Assembly (NCBI RefSeq): GCF_902459465.1
Contig: NC_047066.1
Span: 16,678,001-16,742,000, forward strand
Direction: 5' to 3'
Origin: Asterias rubens
Lineage: Eukaryota
Length of the DNA: 64,000 nucleotides
In this document: piece by piece, positions 1 through 12,387 of the stretch
Position numbering within the stretch: position 1 is the first letter of the stretch
Layout: the number at the start of each line of letters is the position of its first letter
Made by a program: the position numbers and the translations under genes
The notes under the pieces: generated by a model
The model's input: only the letters and a program-made list of their open reading frames with translations
Database searches by the model: none
What the model was told of the DNA's origin: nothing

Positions 1-1068
1 GAGGCATGGCTGTGAACGGGGCCCAATTGGAGTGGTCAGGAGTTAAAAGCGGTGTCCCCCAAGGTTCTGTTCTGGGCCCGATGTTGTTCATCATCTACAT
101 CAACGACATTGACGAGGATATCTTGAGTTTGGTCCTGAAGTTTGCTGACGACACCAAGGTCTTCAGAAAAGTGAAAACCCCAGCAGATGCTCGCGGTTTT
201 CAGGACGACCTCGATCGTCTTTACCGGTGGTCTGATGACTGGCAAATGTTATTTAATATTGACAAATGCAAGTGCCTCCACTTCGGGCATAGAAACATCA
301 AGCACAACTACTCCATTGGTGACAGTATAATCCAGACAGTAAGTGAAGAAAGAGATCTTGGGGTAATCATCCATCAGTCACTAAATGCAAGTACCCACTG
401 TGTGAAGGCAGTCAAAAACGCATACAGAGCCCTGGTGCTAATCAACAGAACCATTACGAACAAAGACAAAACAACAATCATCAGACTGTACAAAGTACTG
501 GTTATACCACACCTAGATTACTGTGTACAGGCGTGGAGGCCTCATCTTCAAAGGGACATTGACCTAATAGAAAGAGTTCAAAAGAGAGCATTGCGAATGA
601 TTGGAGGTCTATCTCACCTAGACTACGTTGACAGACTCAGGGAAGTGAAATTTACCACCCTGGAGTGCAGGAGGCTGCGAGGAGATCTTATCGAGACCTT
701 TAAGGGGCCTTGAGGGTTTGAACCCGGAACACTTCTTTGGAACACTTCTTTGAGTTGTCAACCGTGCAGCACAGGGGTCACCAACTAAAACTGTACAAAT
801 CAAGATCCAACCTTAACCTCAGGAATTTCTGGTTTAGCCAGAGAGTGGTCAACTACTGGAACATTCTCCCTCGAAAGGCAAATGAAGCTTCAAGTGTGAA
901 CATTTTCAAGGGACATGTGGACAAATTCCTAAAATTCCTAAAGAACGTCGGGGGGGGCTCTACATAAGCTTATCTAAGCTGTCTGCCCCAGTAACCAGAA
1001 CCACTGTCTCCTCCCCAGTGGTGTGATGGCGTCGATGGATTCAAGTAAGTTCAAGTAAATTCAAGTAA
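1..1068 (+). mobile_element. CR1-clade LINE, 3' portion (RT C-terminus, 3' UTR and short-repeat tail)
   Basis: ORF 6-713 has GVPQGSVLGP, KFADDTK and PHLDYCVQAW motifs. It continues after a frameshift as RGHQLKL...FSQRVVNYWN. The tail is (TTCAAGTAAR)x3 at about 1040-1068. Confidence 0.92.
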
Positions 1069-1920
1069 GTCTTGTCTTGTCTTGTCTTGTCTTTACTGCA
1101 CAAACCGCCGCAACTAACCGTGCAGACCCTAAATGCATGCATGCTCCTACCTACTCAAATTTTATATTTACTAGGAGGGACTTAAAATTATTAGAGTCAG
1201 GGGCTGATTTAACTTGCGGCAAGAGTGAGTTCCAGATTGGTATAGTTCTTGGATACAACTTACAAGGAGTAACGGTGTAGCAGTCTTTGTTTGATGAGAT
1301 GGTGTTATTATAATCTAGGGTCTGATTTTGACGAGTTGTGGGTCTGTTCCGTTGGTTGCAGCGAAGAGTGCTAATGTTGGATGGAGTTATGGAGTGAGTT
1401 TCTTTGTAAAGTGTTGTAAGTCTAGCTATGGTGCGGCGTCTTTGGAGTGTATCCCATTTGAGGTCCTGTAGCATTTCTGTTATACTACTGGTCTTGCGTT
1501 AATTGCTTTTGTCAAATCTGGCTGCTCTTAGTTGAACTTTTTTGAGGTTGTAGATGTGAACTTGTTGATGAGGATCCCAAATAGCACTACAGTATTCAAG
1601 CTTAGGCCAAACAAGAGTTTTATAAGCTATTTCTTTAGTACAGTTCCAGAAACTTCGCTTGAGCAGTCCAAGGACATTGTTTGAGCTTCAGATTGTTTGG
1701 TTGATGTGTTTGGTCCAGGTGAGATTATCAGACAACCCAATACCGAGGTTAGGATGATGTTTCACTTCTTGTAGAGGGTCGTTTCCCATATTATACTGGT
1801 GTTGATGGAATTTCTTTTTATGAGTCATTCTCATGATAGGATATAGAGATGTTAAATTTCATCTGCCACAGAGACTCCCACACTGACAATGAATCAATAT
1901 CGCGTTGGAGGGCATGGCAT
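1069..1920 (-). mobile_element. CR1-group LINE 3' fragment, degenerate
   Basis: ORF 1151-1474 (LKWDTLQRRRTIARL...YPRTIPIWNSL). The upstream frame reads LQRDIDSLSVWESLWQMKFN. A (CAAGA)n tail lies at 1069-1092 on the - strand. Confidence 0.85.
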
Positions 1921-2530
1921 TCATCTTACATCTAAGCGGGCATTGATCTTGTTGACTTTATACTGATGACCCTTTGTGTTGTTGGTGTTAAGTTGGATGA
2001 AATTTGTTACATGTGAGTCATATTTTCCAGTGAGTATTTTGAACATCTCAATCATGTCTCCTCTTGTTCGTCTGTAAGCTAAGGTTGGTAATTTTAGATG
2101 TTTCAGTCTCTCCTCGTAGAACATGTCCTTGAACCCAGGGATAAGTTTAGTTGCTCGTCTTTGGACGTTTTCGATTCCAGTGATGTTTTTCTTGAGGTGA
2201 GGTGCCCAGACTTGGTTCGCATATTCAAGGTGAGGCCTTACCAATGCTTTATAGAGCAGCAGAAAACTGTCCTTATCCAGGTGGTCATATGTTTGTCTAA
2301 TTAGACCCATAATAGAGTAAGCCTTGTTTGAAGACCCCGAGGTCCCATTCTTCTGTAACTTGATGCTTATATTCACCCATGGTGTAGTTATTAGCTCCCA
2401 CTGTCGTTTTCATTATTCTCATGAAAGTACACTTGTCGGGGTGGAATTCAAGTAGTGAGTTTTTTTGTCCATCCTACCAGGTGGTCTACGTCATGTTGGA
2501 GCAATTCACAGTCCTCTTCCGAAAAGATAC
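1921..2530 (-). mobile_element. CR1 LINE RT C-terminal fragment
   Basis: ORF 1921-2376 contains LYKALVRPHLEYANQVWAPH...RRTRGDMIEMFKIL, and the upstream frame has LEFHPDKC. Confidence 0.9.
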
Positions 2531-3104
2531 TTCTAAAAATCTACATTGTGCAAGACTGGGTTACTGCATCCTAGCCAGCCAGAGGTCATAGGACTCTGAT
2601 TGCTGGCAGGGCAACCTGTTGGAATGCTGAGATGGATGGCGCATAGACTGCTGTACATAGAGGCTAGATGGTTCCAGGGTAGACTTAGTTGCGATAACAT
2701 ATCCCTCCTCCCGACCGCGCTACGCCGTCAGGAGGAGGGTTACGTTATATCGTAACTATTTGCACGCCTGCTTCTCGAACACATTGTAGCTGCAACCTTC
2801 GCAATTCAGCTCTAGATGCGAGTAAGGATGATAAGCCCCCCAAATTATTAGACTACTACTATTAATATTGGGACAAAAATAAAATATTCTAATTGAAAAT
2901 GATTTTTTTTATAACTGCAGAACTGTCATAAATTCTGATAAACGTTAATATTGTATGCCTTTAATTATATCTATATTAATGTCTACATTAAAGAGAAAAT
3001 ATAAAAGATTGGTTTCTTATCCCCTGAAACCAAACATTGCTGGTCTGAAATGGTGGTGGAAAACATTTGTATGGGTTTGTGCTTCAAAGGGGATGGGGTG
3101 TTTT

Positions 3105-3886
3105 TATCATCATCAAGTTGAGCGCAATGTGGAACTCAAGCCTGCCCAGTAATTTCTCTCCAGATGTTCCAATGCATACAGGAGCAAAGTTCCTCAGCGC
3201 TGGCCATCAGCCAGTGTCTCGTTTCAGGGCATCTACGAAGGAGAGGTCTTCTCCTGCGAGAGGCCTTGCCTTGTGTTGGCTCCCAGAGGGTGGTTGGGCA
3301 AGCGGCAAGCTCCAAGTGGCTGACACAGTGCCCAACAAGCTTGAGGCAACGTTCACAGATCTTACCTGCAAGCCTTTGGAGAGCCAGCATACAGGTTGGA
3401 GTTTCTCATATGGTCCTGCCAGGGGATGTTTAGGGCCATACGCCGCATCCTGGTGTAACAACCATTCAGAGACCTCTCCATCTTGGTGGTGAGGGTCCAG
3501 GTCTCAGCTCCGTACAGTAGCACTGACTCCACTGTTGCGACAAATAGCGACCTTTTCAGCCGGGCACTCGGCGTTGACAACCACACCTTTTTCATTTTGT
3601 GGAGCACGGACCGCGCCTGTCCTTTTTGAATCTTCTGGTCTTTTTCACTGGAGTTGATCCAAGATCCAAGGTATTTGAAGTCAGATTCAAAACGAAGAGT
3701 TGTGCCGTCCCTCGTGTGAACAGGAGGGTCACAGGTGTTGTAAGCCATCACTTTGGGTTTGCTTGTGTTCAGCTGTAGGCCAACTTTCAGGCACTCACTC
3801 CTCAATCGACAGTAACAGGTTCTGGGCCTGCTCAATCGTGTTTGAAACCAGTGTCAGTGATTGTCAAGGAGGCACACGTCGGGGTG
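3105..3886 (-). mobile_element. RTE-clade LINE 3' fragment
   Basis: ORF 3362-3835 contains FKYLGSWI...VESVLLYGAETWTLT. There is a (GAT)n tail near 3105-3115. A closely related copy lies at 61722-62388. Confidence 0.88.
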
Positions 3887-3894
3887 TTCTATAG

Positions 3895-4785
3895 TAAGCT
3901 TGGGCGGTTCCAGAAATTTGGGGCTCGGTTCCGGTTCCAAAAAAAAACTCGGTTCTGAGACATACCCGGTTCCACTCTATATAAAACATAAGCCGCCCGT
4001 CCCGAGCTCACACACACACAATTAAGCCGATCTATTTTAACTGAAAATAACCAAGTTAATCAGACATCGGTCCGGAGCTCACACACACACACACAATTGG
4101 AGCCGATCTATTTTTAACGAAAAATTAATACCAGAATACCCACCAAGTCAATCAGACATCGTGCCACCAAACACCTATTCTCCCTGCATTTATACAAGTC
4201 TTTGATTTGGCCGGCAGCAGTATGTCCGTAGTGCAGTACGTTTGAGTGCAGTACGTCCGTAGTGCAGTATGTCATTAGTGCATGCAGTGTACCGTCTCTG
4301 TACATAGAAGTGTACATGTCTGTACATGCATACAGTACTGTGTGTTTTGTGCATGGGACAAGCTTTTATGAATATGGATATATCGGCAGCCAATCACAAC
4401 GTGCTGTCTGGTTGGACTTTGGACTCTTTATATCTCAGCATGCATGAGATATACAGGTGGTGGTTGTAGATGCCTAAGCATTAGAGGGGGCTATGCACTG
4501 TGTGTTGTATAATAATGCAGCCACATGTGATAGTTGATACTCATGTCGGCTTGAAGCCTTTGCACAGTGTATCTGCGGTCACCGCTTTCAACATCAAGCC
4601 TCAATTTCTAGAGCCGGTTCGTCCCAGGATCGGCTCCACAGAGTCTTTTATAATTGGGACTCGGTCTTTTAAAATCAGAACCGACAAAAGCGGCTACCCG
4701 GTTCCACAGAAGAGTGGCACCGCCGATCCGGTTTTCAATTTGGAACCGGGTAGATCCGGGTAACCGAAGGAACCGCCCAAGCTTA
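3895..4785. mobile_element. Non-autonomous hAT-type DNA transposon (891 bp)
   Basis: TIR TAAGCTTGGGCGGTTCC at both ends. Perfect 8-bp TSD TTCTATAG (3887-3894 and 4786-4793). Many subterminal AACCG/CGGTT motifs and no transposase ORF. Confidence 0.9.
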
Positions 4786-5627
4786 TTCTATAGTTCCAAT
4801 AACATATCCTCCCGACGGCGAAGGCTCGCTGTCGGGAGGAGGGTTACGTTGTTGCACTTACTAACTATAGTGTTGGACCAGATTGCAGTTTGCTGATCGA
4901 GCATACCTCGTAACCCTTTGGCTTCGCCGTCGGGAGGAGGGTTACGTTATAATCGGAGGAGGGTTACGTTATTACTGTCATGCCTTGTGATATCTCTGGA
5001 TTCTAATCTAGTAGCCATTCGCTTGGGACAAAAATGTAATTAAATTTGTTTAATATTATTTTAATGATATTTTGCACTTAATAGTAGCATCTGAATATTC
5101 AATAAAATACCAACCAATGAAAATAATGAAAACATATGACATTGCTCCAATGTCGTGCTTCACTGTAAAGCCTCGGTCACAACCCGCTGTGCGTGTTTTT
5201 TGTCCGTACGTGTTTTAAGGAGGCCACGGCCGCCACGTTTTTCTGAAAATGTGGGGAGGGAGTGGCAAGAGCAGGGAGGAAGTACGTCAACGCACGTCAC
5301 TCGAACGGTCTGCGCAAGGTGTAAGTACATGGCCCGCACGCCACGCTTGGCCGTGAGCGGTTGCGTGCATCGTACGTTGCGCAAGTGGTAAGTGAGTTGT
5401 ACATGCTTACAACGTGCTTACAACGTACGCTCATCGTGCGATTACCACTTGTCGTACGGAGGCCGTACTTACACGTGCTGGTCACGTACGGTGTCCTTAC
5501 TCACTCGCATGTCGTAAGTGCGTGCATATGCGATGAACGTGAGTTTTTCGCCCGATGTCAGGGAAGGGTGAATGTAGGACGAATTCCGAGGCTCTCCAGA
5601 AGTCCCAGCTACTGCTGCTGCCTCAAG

Positions 5628-7202
5628 ATGGTGCCCGTTCCACCGCAGAGACTCCGGGTTCTGATGCTGCAAGAGCAAATGGCAGCGCTTGAGCACGACG
5701 TGGCATTACTTGCCTTGATACGGGAGAGGGAGAGGCAGCATGGGCGCCGACGCAGAAGATGGTGGGTATGCCCATGGATTGAGAGAAGAAGGCTTTTCGG
5801 GCAGTACGAAACGTTATTCCAAGACCTAGAGCGTGAATCAAGGGGGCACTATGTCGGATACATCCGAATGGACCCCAAGCTCTTCGCCGAGCTCCTGGTC
5901 CGAGTGACCCCTAGAATCACCAAGGGCCCAAGGTGTGTGTCTTCATTTTTGCCATATAAATGCTTGGTTTTGCTTTGTATTTGCTTTAAATGTTGTCTTT
6001 TCATTTCACGCATACATTCTATTAATCAATTAATTCTGAAATATAGCACATTATTGCATTGGCCGTCAAAAGTAGTATACCGTGCCAATTTGAGCACCCT
6101 TAGAAAAAGGAACGATCAAGGTATTAGTTATGGTACAATCATAACAACAGCCACGACCTTGGTAATGCTATTAATGCATTTTATGTTTCAGGAGTCGTCG
6201 CCCTCTGGATCCTAGCCTGAAGCTGGCCATTACCCTTCGCTTCTTGGCGACGGGGAACAGCTACAGGTCCCTTGCCTGCGACTTCTGGGTGGCACACAAC
6301 AGCATATCCAAGTTCGTGCCGGAGGAATATAAGGAGGAGATGTTCACCATGCCCTCCACACAGGACGAGTGGAAAGCCGTTGCCGGCCAGTTTGGAACGC
6401 GATGGAACTTTCACCACTGTTGTGGGGCGATCGACGGGAAGCACATTGCGCTGAAGAAGCCCAAGAAAAGTGGATCGCTTTATTACAATTATAAGGGCTT
6501 CTTCTCTCGTGGATGCCAACTATTCCTTCTTGTGGTGCAAGGTAGGGGCCAACGGCTCCTCCTCAGACGCAGGCGTGTTCAACCAGTCAACCCTCCGGGG
6601 GGCACTGGAGGACAACACCATTAGATTCCCAGCACCGTATCCACTTCCAGGCGACGACCGGGACTTTCCCTTACTTTATCGTTGGCGACGATGCCTTTCC
6701 CCTGGGAAAGTGGCTCATGAAGCCGTACAGCTGCCGTGCCATGACCCACAAAGAGAGGGTGATGAACTACCGGACCTCCCGGGCCCGTCGTGTTGTGGAG
6801 AACGGTTTTTGAATATTGGCTCACCGGTGGCGATGCCTACTCACCACCCTGTAGTTGGAGCCTAGCAAGGTGATTCGCGTTGTGTTGGCTCACCGGTGGC
6901 GATGCCTACTCACCACCCTGTAGTTGGAGCCTAGCAAGGTGATTCGCGTTGTGTTGGGCTGCCTCACCCTTCACAATTGGCTGCGAAAGTGCCGTCCCGG
7001 ACTACATGACCTTACTGTGGACCGTGAGGATTAAGATGGCAACGTGGTCCGCGGGGCCTGGAGGGAGGACGTGCAGATGACCGAATCCAACCAGATGGTC
7101 GGCCAACGGGCCTCAATTGAAGGGAAAACCCTGAGGAACTATTTGGCGGACTATTATAGTTCCCCACTTGGCCACCTACCTTGGCAAGATCGGGTTGTTT
7201 GA
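5628..7202 (+). pseudogene. Harbinger (HARBI1-like, DDE_Tnp_4) transposase, 2 exons (5628-5932, 6192-7202), disrupted
   Basis: Motifs [39 protein letters not shown] and ARRVVEN are present, with a GT-AG intron at 5933-6191. It carries frameshifts, in-frame stops and a 69-bp tandem duplication at 6816-6953. Confidence 0.88.
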
Positions 7203-7659
7203 GCTCATCAACTCGTGGTACTCATAACTTAATTTTAAAGCAACATTACAGAATTGGTTGTGCTAACAAAAAAGTTGCTGGCAGTGTAAGCACTTCATTT
7301 GTTTCTCATCAAGAATGAAATTTCAGACAGAAATCTTCCGAGTCCTCCTGTGTACCCGAAGGCCTGGCTGCCTGTGATGCTGCTACTAGGCTGGTATTGC
7401 CCGAGGGGATCAAATGATTTATGAACAAATCTGTTAGACTAGTGCCATTGATGGATGCATCCAGGACGGGAGGGACAGACTGCGACCGAGGTGCACCCAG
7501 CTGGAGCAGAAAAAAAGATAGAAGGAACATTATAAGTAATTATAACTGCATGCTAAGTTTATAAAACGTGTTGCCAGATAGAAGCAATAAAATATGATTT
7601 GTTTTATCTACTTCTTCGATATAGTTTCTGTTTTCACACAGTATTTAAAACTAGTCTTT

Positions 7660-7812
7660 CAGGGCCGTGCTAAGAAAGTTCTTCAAGAGGGGTTCCGGTG
7701 CCAAAATCATCTCCAATAAAATGCATTATATATGTAATATACAAATAACAAATGAACAATTTAGAGGGGTTGCGGACACCCTAACCCCCCCCCCCTTCCT
7801 GGGCACAGCCTG
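7660..7812. mobile_element. Short hAT-like MITE inside the Harbinger intergenic region
   Basis: Ends CAGGGCCGTGC and GGCACAGCCTG form an imperfect inverted pair. TTTAAAAC occurs on both sides, but the left copy is offset by 8 bp. Confidence 0.45.
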
Positions 7813-7824
7813 TTTAAAACACCT

Positions 7825-10292
7825 TTAATTGAATATAAAACTCAGTGTATCTACCTCGGGAGTCTGTCTCACTAGCTGCGCGGTGGTGGGTTGGTGCAAG
7901 GGTGCATCAACGACCTGAATCTGTGGCTGAGAGGAGCTTGGCTGCTGCCACACCTGTTGCGATGGCTGCTGCTGCACCTGGGTGGAGGCGCCCCAATGCT
8001 GCTGCTTCGGCTGTGGCCACTGTTGCTGCCGTGTCTGCATCTGACCCCACTGCTGTTGCTGCTGAGGGAAGTGCGGCCACTGCTGCTGGACTGGTGGCAT
8101 TGGCCCGGGCTGTGCAGTTGGAGATGGAGATGTGTCTGGTTTGGGTCTACTGGGCCTGTTGTAGTCGTGCATCAGGCGCATGGCAGCCAACTGGAAGTCG
8201 TCCCACTTATCCTGGGGGATCCTTGACATCCTGGCCGCGATCCACTGGCTAAATGATGTGCGCTCGTCTGGTTGTGAGGGTGCAGGGGCAGAGGCAGCAG
8301 CAATGGTCTCCAACTGCAAACACAAAGGTACGAAAAGGAAAGTATAATAATAATAATATAAACACCACGTAGTAATTTTGTACAAAAGTTTCTACACATC
8401 GAATCTATGAACAATACATGTCAATCACTGTGAAGTAAAGTAGAACACTGTGCAATATAAATACAGTAAAGTACAATTGTAAACATACAATCTGCAATGT
8501 GCATTTCACACCAATAGTATTAACATTGAATACCTGTTTACTGAATACCTCCTCGGGCCTGAGCCTGTCCAAGAACTTGATAAGAAGGTCGTCAATCTTC
8601 GACTTCTTGCTGGCCGGAGGCTTTGTCTTAAAGGCGGAGGTGGAGGGAGATGGAGATGCTGGTCTGGTGGGGATCGAGTGTAGCAACTCCTCATACTCGC
8701 TTTGCTCTTCTGTCTCCTCAAGCTGAAAGTGAAAATAAGTTTTACACATTAATAAGTTTCCTTTCTTCAATTTACATGTTCTGAAATAAAACAATTATTA
8801 CATGTCCGTACTATAATATATCAAATGTTATTGTACAGTGTTGTAATGTTTAAAACTATTCATGTAATGACTCTTAGACAATTATTACCAGTGTGGTCTC
8901 TACAGTGTATGTGCGTGGTACAATGTGGACCTTCATGAAGGCGAAATTCTGTAGTTGCCATTTCTTCCTTGCTGTTCGAGGTTGATTAGCCTGGCCTGAC
9001 TTTGTCTTGTACAGTTTCCCCACCGAAGTCCGCATGTGTTTCCACCAGCCCTTGATCTGTTTTCCTGTGGAACATTTTAATGTACAATCCTACTTAGACA
9101 ACTGTGGTTTTGAAAGAGCTTTTACATGAAAGCACGCATGTTTCTCATGAAATGAAATGTACACAGCAACACATGGAAAATGATGGTACTAATGGATGTG
9201 TCGAGTTCCTTGGCCATCTGGTCCAGGAGTCTATCCTTATACTGCGGGTTCAAATACTAATAATAATATAATAATATGAAACATTTATATAGCGCTCTAC
9301 GGAGAACAGAGCGCTTTACATGAGACTATGACAACAAAACAAAAGAAAAACAAACAAACTAGGATGGGTGGGGAAAAAGAAATGTCTTGAGGAGGCTTTT
9401 GAATACAGGCAACGAGATCGCCTCTCTCAGACCCGCGGGGAGCTCATTCCATAGGCGAGGGGCAGCTATGGAGAATGAGCTATCCCCAGCTTCCCGTCTA
9501 GTTCTAGGAACGGAAAGCCGGGTCTGGAGTTTTGGGAATGAACAAGTTCAACTAGATATGATGGAGATTGGGTGTGGAGGATTTTGTAAACATGAGTGAA
9601 AATTTTGAAGTTGAAACGTTCTTTAACAGGGAGCCAATGCAGCGATGCAATCAGGCCGGCAGAAGGCTGGTCACAGCCACACGCAAATACTAGCTGAGCG
9701 GCCTTGTTTTGTAGACGCTGGAGTCGAGCGAGGATATTTTCGCGGGCACCTACCAAAAGAGAGTTGGCATAGTCAAGACGGGACAAGACCAGACTTCTGA
9801 CGGCATGATGGCAAGCGCTTTGTGTAATAAACCGGCGAATACGCCATAGATTACGTATGTGGAAATTAACAGTTTTACATACAGAGCTAATATGATGAGA
9901 CATATTCAGAGAACAATCGAGCGAGACTCCTAGGTTCTTAACAGATGTGGAAGCAGGAATTGTAAAGTCGCCCAATATTAGTTCAAGATTAGGGAGAGTG
10001 GAGAAAATACTTCGGGTGTGTCTTATCGTAGAAGGGCGGGTTGCCTGAGAAAAACTCGCCCAGGCACTCCTCCTTTTTCGGCGAGAACGAGTAGTTTGAC
10101 TTCTACTTCGTCTCACCCCCTTCTTCGTGTAACCCCCCACCCTCCTCACGATTAGACTCTCGCGTCATCTGACTCCTCGTCACTTCTCCTCCTCTCCTCT
10201 TCCTCTCTGGCCCTGTCCTCTACCACGGCCCGTTTCTGTTGGGCCTCTCTGGCCATAGCAGCTGATCCCCTTTTCTGAGTTTTCTTCGGCAT
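7825..10292 (-). pseudogene. Harbinger accessory MADF/Myb-SANT-like protein gene, 4 exons (10292-9190, 9064-8889, 8722-8534, 8313-7825), interrupted by an L2 LINE
   Basis: After removing the LINE it reads FYDKTHPKYLNPQYKDRLLDQMAKEL...QIKGWWKHMRTSVGKLYKTKSGQ, which is MADF-like. Splice phases are consistent. The C-terminus has a BESS-like segment (FSQWIAARMSRIPQDKWDDFQ) and a Q-rich tail. Exon 1 has a frameshift and a TAG. Confidence 0.8.
9259..10004 (-). mobile_element. L2-type LINE 3' fragment (5'-truncated) with 7-bp TSD
   Basis: RT C-terminus LVLSRLDYANSLL...LHWLPVKERFNFKI. The 3' end AGCGCTATATAAAT is followed by a (TAT)n tail. TSD AAATACT at 9252-9258 and 10005-10011. Confidence 0.9.
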
Positions 10293-11129
10293 TGTGAAGA
10301 CAAAATGATGGCAATCGTCCGTCGGCTCGGTTTTTTGTACTGCAGAAATCAGTGCGCACAACGTACGTACGTTGCAAGTGCGGAGCACGTGGAGCAAGTG
10401 ACCGTAGGAAACATTAAAAGGACTCACGGAGTCGGTACGTTGTGCGCACGTTGGCTGTAATGGACACGCGCGTCACCCGTACGTCACCCGTACTTGGGAT
10501 GAATCCGTACGGGTGACGCAGAGAAAGTTCCTCACGCACTAAAAGTGCTATGTCGTGTCTGCGTGCTCCCAAATTCGTACTGAGGCGGTACTCACCACGT
10601 ACTCACCACGTACACTTGCATGTACGGCGGGTTGGGACCGCCGCTTAAGTGGCGGACTATCTCTTGCAGCGTAAAACCAAAACTTTTAAGTTTTCGACAC
10701 CCGATGAAGTGCAAATTGTAAAAAAGTTGGATAGATGATTTAACAAAAAAATCATTTAGTTTTTGACTGTGAACAATTCTCCAGTTATCCTACTGACCCA
10801 TGACACCAGGATATAAGTTAGTGTAACTCTTTTAGTCAAATTCAGACTTGCTTACTGCCTTCTTTGTTATGGTTGAGCCAGATTGATGTAAAAAAAATCA
10901 TTTATTTTTGATAGTGAACAATTTTCCCGTTAACCTTCTGGAAACCCATGACACGTAAATAATTTATGGTAAATGCACTATTTTTGCTAAGCCAGAGTTT
11001 TCTGTGCTTGGCAAGTTTTTTTGCTAACACTACATGCACAGGCTTTATTTTGGCCTAGGTCTGAGGTGGTCTTTTTGTTCTTGCTGTACCAGCGGATTTA
11101 AGAGGAATCAACCAACTCTGACCAGTGTT

Positions 11130-11520
11130 GTCTTTGTGGACATACACTGTTAATTTAATTGATGTCTATGTCACTGTGGATCAGCTCAACTACTAGACTC
11201 TGCAACAAGAGCATTTGAGGGAAAACTGCTACAACAGGAGCTTCTTTGTCAAACTAAACAGAAAGAGATGAAGGAAACAAAGGAATGGCCTGCCCAAGTG
11301 TCCTCGTTCTTGTGCCTTTCAACATCTACACCAATGACCAACCAGTGTCTCAATGGAAGGATCTCTATCTATGCTAATGACCTTGGGATTGCCGCCCAAA
11401 GTACCAACTTCGAGGCCCTGACAACCTCACAATTTAAAAACAGACAACCAACTGATGGTAACCTCCTACAAAGATCCACTCTGTCTAAGCCTGTTCCACA
11501 GATCAACAGATTTCAGTAAG
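11130..11520 (+). mobile_element. Degenerate LINE RT fragment (Jockey/I-like)
   Basis: Frameshifted GLPQ.S.L..FNIYTNDQP...SIYANDLGIAAQ, corresponding to the RT QGS and YADD region. Confidence 0.65.
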
Positions 11521-12190
11521 TACTAAATGGAGATCAATTTTTGTGTAATTAACCCATTATGTTCAGAGTATGCCAGAGCAGTGAGCTTGGCCTTCTTTTC
11601 CTCATCTTCAATAAAGACATTGAAAACACCATGATTACATGTAGCTCTGAACATGACTGTACACTTTTCTCTACAATCCCATATCCAAGGCAGAGATTGT
11701 AACATTGCAGCGCCATTACATGTTTACAGTGTGATCTAAACAAGTGTGTCATAGGAAGAGAACTGGAAACCTTAAAGTCAGGGTGAACTTTGTTTTGTAA
11801 TGCCATCAGGAAATCTCAATTAAGTGCAGCTTTTGGTTGAAATCCAAGGAATTGTCTCTCTTTCACCACGCTTTAAAGGAATCCCTTCAACCAACTTGAA
11901 AATAATAGTCTCCAGAAATTTCACCCTGATTTCAGGGTATGCTCTCCATCTAATGCTGAGCCCAGATTTCTTGAATTGGTGAATATTTCTCTGGAATGTC
12001 ATTTCCCACTTCCCCCACTGGTCTCATCCAAGGTTGTGCTGAAGCAGGAGTTTCTCAGATGCATTTTTGTGAGTGAAAAAAAGTAAAGTTTTTTTTTTAT
12101 TTCAAAGGGTGTTGTATCTAATAATGTTCTATACTATCAGCAGTTACTTACCACTGCTCTTTACTAAGAAAGTTGTTTGATCATTCTCTT

Positions 12191-12387
12191 TTAGAGTAAT
12201 TATAATTACCAACCCTTTTACTTCAATACTTTAGAGTAATTATAATTACCAACCCTTTTACTTCAATACTTTAGAGTAATTATAATTACCAACCCTTTTA
12301 CTTCAATACTTTAGAGTAATTATAATTACCAACCCTTTTACTTCAATACTTTAGAGTAATTATAATTACCAACCCTTTTACTTCAAT
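12191..12387. repeat. 40-bp tandem repeat, about 5 copies
   Basis: The unit TTAGAGTAATTATAATTACCAACCCTTTTACTTCAATACT is repeated identically. Confidence 0.97.

Larger units (their letters stand above)
5169..10645. mobile_element. PIF/Harbinger transposon, full-length two-gene type, decayed
   Basis: Imperfect TIRs (AGCCTCGGTCACAACCCGCTGT versus reverse complement AGCGGCGGTCCCAACCCGCCGT). TAA TSD at 5166-5168 and 10646-10648. Convergent transposase and MADF/Myb-like genes, with CGTAC/ACGT-rich subterminal regions. Confidence 0.92.

Noticed and set aside
7845-8252. Ala/Leu-rich + strand ORFs
   Set aside because: They are antisense shadows of the Q-rich MADF gene terminal exon.
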